Source: Eledone cirrhosa (Eukaryota). Taken from it: a DNA stretch of 64,000 bases. Below the pieces are notes generated by a model that ran no database searches, was not told the DNA's origin, and saw nothing but the letters and a program-made list of their open reading frames with translations. The position numbers and the translations under genes are program-made. How positions within the stretch are numbered: the first letter of the stretch is position 1; each line of letters opens with the position of its first letter. The DNA lies in contig OZ024752.1 of the NCBI GenBank assembly GCA_964016885.1, forward strand, positions 8,494,001-8,558,000, in the 5' to 3' direction. This document shows positions 60,584 to 64,000 of the stretch, piece after piece.

Positions 60584-63079
60584 ATTCTAACTAGAACTGA
60601 ATTACTGCAGAGAGATAAACTTGCTAACAACGCTATGATGAAATTTAAACATTTAATAAAATTCCTTTTAGTATTTGTTTTCAAAATACTTACTGTAGTT
60701 TTCTTCTCCTTGCAACGAAGATAGAATAACATGTAAGCCTCAGATTCAAACACCCTAGAAGCACTCACTTCTGTCACCTAAACAGAGAAAGATTATCATT
60801 TATAAATAATCACCAGAACATTATATATATATATTCGGTATACAAGGATACAATTCACTTCTAGCCCTCAACGTCATATTACTTCCTAAAAACAAGGATG
60901 ACGGAGTATATTGATAAAGAAGAAAATGCGAAGTTGAAGATGTTAGGGTCCTTTATTAATTGAGCCGTTATACATATTTCAATGACGATAGATATCACGA
61001 TTTCTTCAGACAGCAAAAATTGATTAAAAGGTAACATTTCTGAGGCAATTTTGGGTGGAAGGGAGCAGACTAAAAAAATGGGTATGTTTTTGCTTTGAGT
61101 GTCCACTCCCTTCTTCCTATATATATGAATGTATGTATATATATTGGTTGCCAGGTCATCTGTGGCAGCCCCAACGGTCCACCAGACTACGGGACCCTTG
61201 CTAGCAGGGAAAGCAGCTGTTAAATGATGATGATATATATCTCCCACATTTTGAAGGGATATAAAAAAAGAATGTGGGAGGTCGTTCAGCCCCACCCCGT
61301 ACAAAGCATCAACAAGAAAAGAAAAACAAAAATCATTTTACTTACCGAACTATCATTCATGCAATACCAAGATTGGTTGGAAGGCCGCACATAAGCAAAA
61401 TAATGACCAGATGTACAGGAATGACCAGTATGAACAAGCACAGCATAGAGTTTATACATTAGTGATTCACCCTGAAAGAAGAAACATTTTCAATGTTGAA
61501 AGAATCCCCCAAGGTGAAATCATAGACAGATTTTTAGCTGCTGCTGCTGCTTCTTTGCCCACTTATTCCTGAGAGCATCAGAAGGCAGACATATACAATT
61601 ATGATGATGATGATGCACATAGAAAATTGTGGTTAAAGCAGTTATGTTCACTGATGAGATTTTAGTAAATATGTATGAGGGAAAACAAATTTATATTACA
61701 TAATCAGCTTTATGGTCGCTACAAATCTCAGAAGAGAGGCTAAGAATATGACTCAATGCATAAGGCTGCTGCTGCTTCTTTGTCCACTTATTCCTGAAAG
61801 GGTCGTGGGAGAAGAGTCCTCAAACACCCCTTCCAGCGGGTCCTGTCAGAAGCAGCCATCTCCAACTGATTCGGCTGGATCCCCAAGCGAGACCAGCCAA
61901 GCTCATGGATGTTATCTAACCATGTTGCTCGGGTCTCCAGCCAGCTAATTATTTAAATTTACTCTACAGCTTCTTGATGTTAACCTTGACTCACAAAAGG
62001 AACAATGAAATATGAAAACCATTCTATTCCCTAAGAAATTGCAAACAAAGGAAACGACAGTCATTACACTATGCCAAATGGCATTAATAGTAAAAACACA
62101 AAAGAGACTGAGGTAAGTACATAGTATAAAATAGAATTGACCACTCGGCCTGTCTGGGAGGTCAATAGCCTCACTTCAATAGAATTGACCCCTCAGCCCG
62201 TCTGGGCAGTCAATAGCCCCGTTTCAGTACTGACTTGGTCTATGTAGACCTGTCCAACCCTTGCTAGCAGGGAAAGCAGACATTAAATGATGATGACTTA
62301 CCTGTCGAATACTCATATAAGGACGAAGATTAAGTTTCTCTGGAAAGCTGATATGCCGGACAATTTTACCAAAGTACCGGTTATAATCAAATCTGAAAAG
62401 ATTAAATCAAATTAGTTGATTAAGAAGGAAAATATAATTCTTTCTAACATCGGCACAAGGCTGGCAATTTAGGAGGAGGAGAAAGTAAATAACCCAGTAC
62501 TTAACTGTTACCTAGCGTGGAAGAATGGACGTTAAACAGTGATGATGATGAATAAATGAAAGTAAACAAAAGCGAATCCCAATCGAAAGAAAATCAGAAA
62601 CTGTATGGTATTTAATCTAATGCAGTATTGAATGTACAGATTCTGTATTTAAAACATGTTTATTTTAAAACATTTTGAAGGCCTTTCACTATGAATTTAA
62701 GGTAGTATATTATTAAATATACAATATGTACATTCATATATACACCGTTATTTCAGAGCACCAACAAAAATTTCTAATCTTTGCTGGGCTGGCAACCACT
62801 CTGTATGTTAATGAGTTTAAACAGCTCATAAACATAATTGGTATTCTATAAGAATCCAGCTTGTACAGCTCACAGCAAAAACAGGCGATATATAACCTTG
62901 ATAACCACTAAACAGTGAGAAACGCATTGGTTATTTCCCTCAAATTGCTCTGGTTATGATCAATAACAATTACAGTGTCAAGACAGATCAATAAGACAAA
63001 CCTTTTCAGTTGAATTGTTAAAACATTGGAAGGTTTGTGGATGGTAAACCGTTTTTCAGCTACTACTTTACGTTGACAT
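55722..63079 (-). CDS. USP42: Ubiquitin carboxyl-terminal hydrolase, USP36/USP42 family (peptidase C19); partial multi-exon gene with its 5' exons beyond the right window edge
   Basis: Six exons splice in frame with GT-AG boundaries: 63079-63002, 62392-62302, 61471-61346, 60777-60694, 59672-59606, 58118-55722. The translation [27 protein letters not shown]...[12 protein letters not shown]...[23 protein letters not shown]...WYCMNDSSV...AYMLFYLR matches the USP36/42 catalytic C-half. FIGPQ and LVPY-acidic motifs resemble USP42 as I recall it. It is probably a co-ortholog of vertebrate USP36 and USP42. Confidence 0.9.
58914..58991. repeat. (TA)n/(TACA)n/(CA)n microsatellite
   Basis: Read directly from the sequence. 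Confidence 0.95.
59606..59672 (-). CDS. USP42: USP36/42 exon [22 protein letters not shown] (67 bp)
   Basis: TTTTTCAG acceptor, A|GTAAGT donor, phase 0 to 1, FIGPQ motif. Confidence 0.85.
59815..60203 (-). mobile_element. Diverged piggyBac-type MITE in reverse orientation, split by a nested copy
   Basis: 59820-59929 is the reverse complement of the right half of the 54477-54678 MITE. 60137-60203 is the reverse complement of its left half and ends AAATACTAAAAGG TTAA. Confidence 0.8.
59926..60119 (+). mobile_element. piggyBac-type MITE copy inserted at the internal TTAA of an inverted copy; right TIR truncated
   Basis: TTAA CCCTTTAGCATTTAAAC at 59926. Colinear with 54477-54670 up to GAGTAATGTAAATG, after which CTAAAGGG-TTAA is missing. 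Confidence 0.82.
60385..60526 (+). mobile_element. SINE 3' fragment with (GAT)n tail
   Basis: GGTGTTAGGAAGGGCATCCAGCCGTAGAAA ... CTAGCGTGGAAAACAGACGATGATGAT. Related to the satellite inserts and flanked by (AT)n on both sides. Confidence 0.8.
60525..60580. repeat. (AT)n microsatellite, about 28 units
   Basis: Read directly from the sequence. Confidence 0.97.
60694..60777 (-). CDS. USP42: USP36/42 exon [28 protein letters not shown] (84 bp), end of the catalytic domain
   Basis: CTCTGTTTAG acceptor, ACA|GTAAGT donor, and the AYMLFY terminal USP motif. Confidence 0.93.
61145..61234 (+). mobile_element. Retroposon 3' fragment (RTE-like end joined to a SINE-type tail with (GAT)n)
   Basis: Ends CCCTTGCTAGCAGGGAAAGCAGCTGTTAAATGATGATGAT, nearly the same as 62258-62296. 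The first half resembles molluscan RTE 3' ends as I recall them. Flanked by (AT)n. Confidence 0.6.
61346..61471 (-). CDS. USP42: USP36/42 His-box exon [42 protein letters not shown] (126 bp)
   Basis: TTCTTTCAG acceptor and TCG|GTAAGT donor. The catalytic His (GHY) and the ND motif are present. Confidence 0.96.
61537..61575 (-). mobile_element. Very short RTE 3' tail remnant
   Basis: GCTGCTGCTGCTTCTTTGCCCACTTATTCCTGA duplicates 61765-61797. Confidence 0.6.
61764..61945 (-). mobile_element. 5'-truncated RTE-clade (Rex3/Expander-like) LINE 3' end
   Basis: The minus-strand translation [48 protein letters not shown] resembles RTE ORF C-termini. It is followed by a very short UTR and a (GCA)n tail. 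Confidence 0.8.
62130..62227. repeat. 48-bp tandem duplication (2 diverged copies)
   Basis: AATAGAATTGACC.CTC.GCC.GTCTGGG..GTCAATAGCC at 62130 and 62178. Each unit has ATTGAC/GTCAAT inverted arms. Confidence 0.85.
62249..62296 (+). mobile_element. SINE 3' tail fragment
   Basis: CCTGTCCAACCCTTGCTAGCAGGGAAAGCAGACATTAAATGATGATGA, abutting the splice donor at 62301. Confidence 0.7.
62302..62392 (-). CDS. USP42: USP36/42 exon [30 protein letters not shown] (91 bp)
   Basis: CTTTTCAG acceptor, CAG|GTAAGT donor, phase 2 to 0, FPExL motif. Confidence 0.95.
62440..62551. mobile_element. Degraded SINE fragments, ending in a (GAT)n tail piece at 62512-62551
   Basis: CTAGCGTGGAAGAATGGACGTTAAACAGTGATGATGATGA matches the tails at 40730-40770 and 60500-60526. 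62440-62510 resembles another octopus SINE end, from memory only. Confidence 0.55.
63002..63079 (-). CDS. USP42: USP36/42 exon [26 protein letters not shown] (78 bp)
   Basis: TTTTTAG acceptor, AG|GTTTGT donor, phase 2 to 2. The QLKRF motif is completed by the next exon. Confidence 0.94.
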
Positions 63080-63365
63080 CTAAAAATAAAAAAAATAAAA
63101 GATTTATAATAAAAAAACATGTCATTGCAATTATAGGGAAATATTTTTTTTATAGAGAAGGGTGCATGGTGTCCATACATTTCCCAAAAGAGATTTTTTA
63201 TAAAATAAGGGGCCAAAACTACATCGCAAACTAGACAAATCACCCCCCAAAAAACTTATCACACTGCCACATACACCAAAAATCATTATTTTTTTACTTT
63301 CCAGAATAAGGTTCTTTATGCAGTGAAAGATATTCTAGGTAACTGAATGAAATCTAGAATATTTT

Positions 63366-63604
63366 AAGAACCTATATGTCAAGAGTCTGGTGTGATGCAA
63401 TACAGAGCTTTCTCCAACTGCAGTTGAGCTCACAAATGTGAAACAAGAACGTATATATCAAGAGTCTGGTGTGATGCAATACAGAGCTTTCTCCAACTGC
63501 AATTGAGCTCACAAATGTGAAACAAGAACGTATATATCAAGAGTCTGGTGTGATGCAATACAGAGCTTTCTCCAACTGCAGTTGAGCTCACAAATGTGAA
63601 ACAA
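63366..63604. repeat. 79-bp minisatellite, 3 near-identical copies
   Basis: Units start at 63366, 63445 and 63524. Each contains CAACTGCAGTTG (CAACTGCAATTG in copy 2) followed by AGCTC. Confidence 0.97.
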
Positions 63605-63699
63605 CAAAGTAGAAGGAATTTCTCCTGTCACATCAACTGCTTCAGTATAATGGTTTATTATGTTTCAGTGTATCTCAAGAAACATATTTGTATGTAAAT

Positions 63700-64000
63700 T
63701 GGGTTAATAGGTTGTGTAGTTTTATTTGTAGTGTGTGCAGTTCAGGGCAAGGTAAGAAGAGTAAGCTCAGTTCCCTATAGCCCCTCTTCTTACCTTGCCC
63801 TAAACCACATATAATGGGTTAATGGGGTCTTGTTGTGTTTTATTTGTAGTATGTGCAGTTCAGGGCATGGTAACACGTGTGAGCTGAGCTCCCTATAGCT
63901 CCCTCTTCTTTATCTTGCTCTGAACCACATATAATGGGTTGTGTAGTTTTATTTGTAGTGTGTGCAGTCCAGGGCAAGGTAAGAGTAAGCTCAGCTCCCT
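63700..64000. repeat. About 110-118-bp tandem repeat with an internal hairpin, at least 2.6 copies, running off the window
   Basis: TTTTATTTGTAGT.TGTGCAGT.CAGGGCA.GGTAA recurs, with the stem-start G at 63740, 63858 and 63967. Arms 63740-63761 and 63784-63805 are inverted repeats. Confidence 0.9.

Noticed and set aside
60879-61948. ORFs 60879-61304, 61274-61462 and 61712-61948
   Set aside because: They span intronic repeats, or are antisense to the His-box exon or the RTE fragment.

Overview
Eukaryotic genomic DNA from an animal. The SINE, RTE and MITE repeats resemble those I recall from octopus/cephalopod genomes; this is an inference. Positions 1-~53,656 are one head-to-tail satellite array of a 49-bp monomer (consensus ATTGATGGGACATACTWAATACTGTCACCTTACTGGGGATARTRTATAT, roughly 1,080-1,090 copies). 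The array has multi-kb higher-order duplications and three identical 228-bp SINE fragments that were amplified along with it. Positions ~53,657-64,000 hold six minus-strand coding exons of a USP36/USP42-family deubiquitinase: the C-terminal half of the catalytic domain with an intact His box, plus a 2.4-kb low-complexity exon. The introns contain TTAA-flanked piggyBac-type MITEs (one nested in an inverted copy of itself), SINE/RTE 3' fragments, microsatellites, a 79-bp minisatellite and a tandem hairpin repeat. The last clear exon ends in an open splice donor facing the satellite, so the array is either intronic or just 3' of the gene. There is no prokaryotic system and no CRISPR array.
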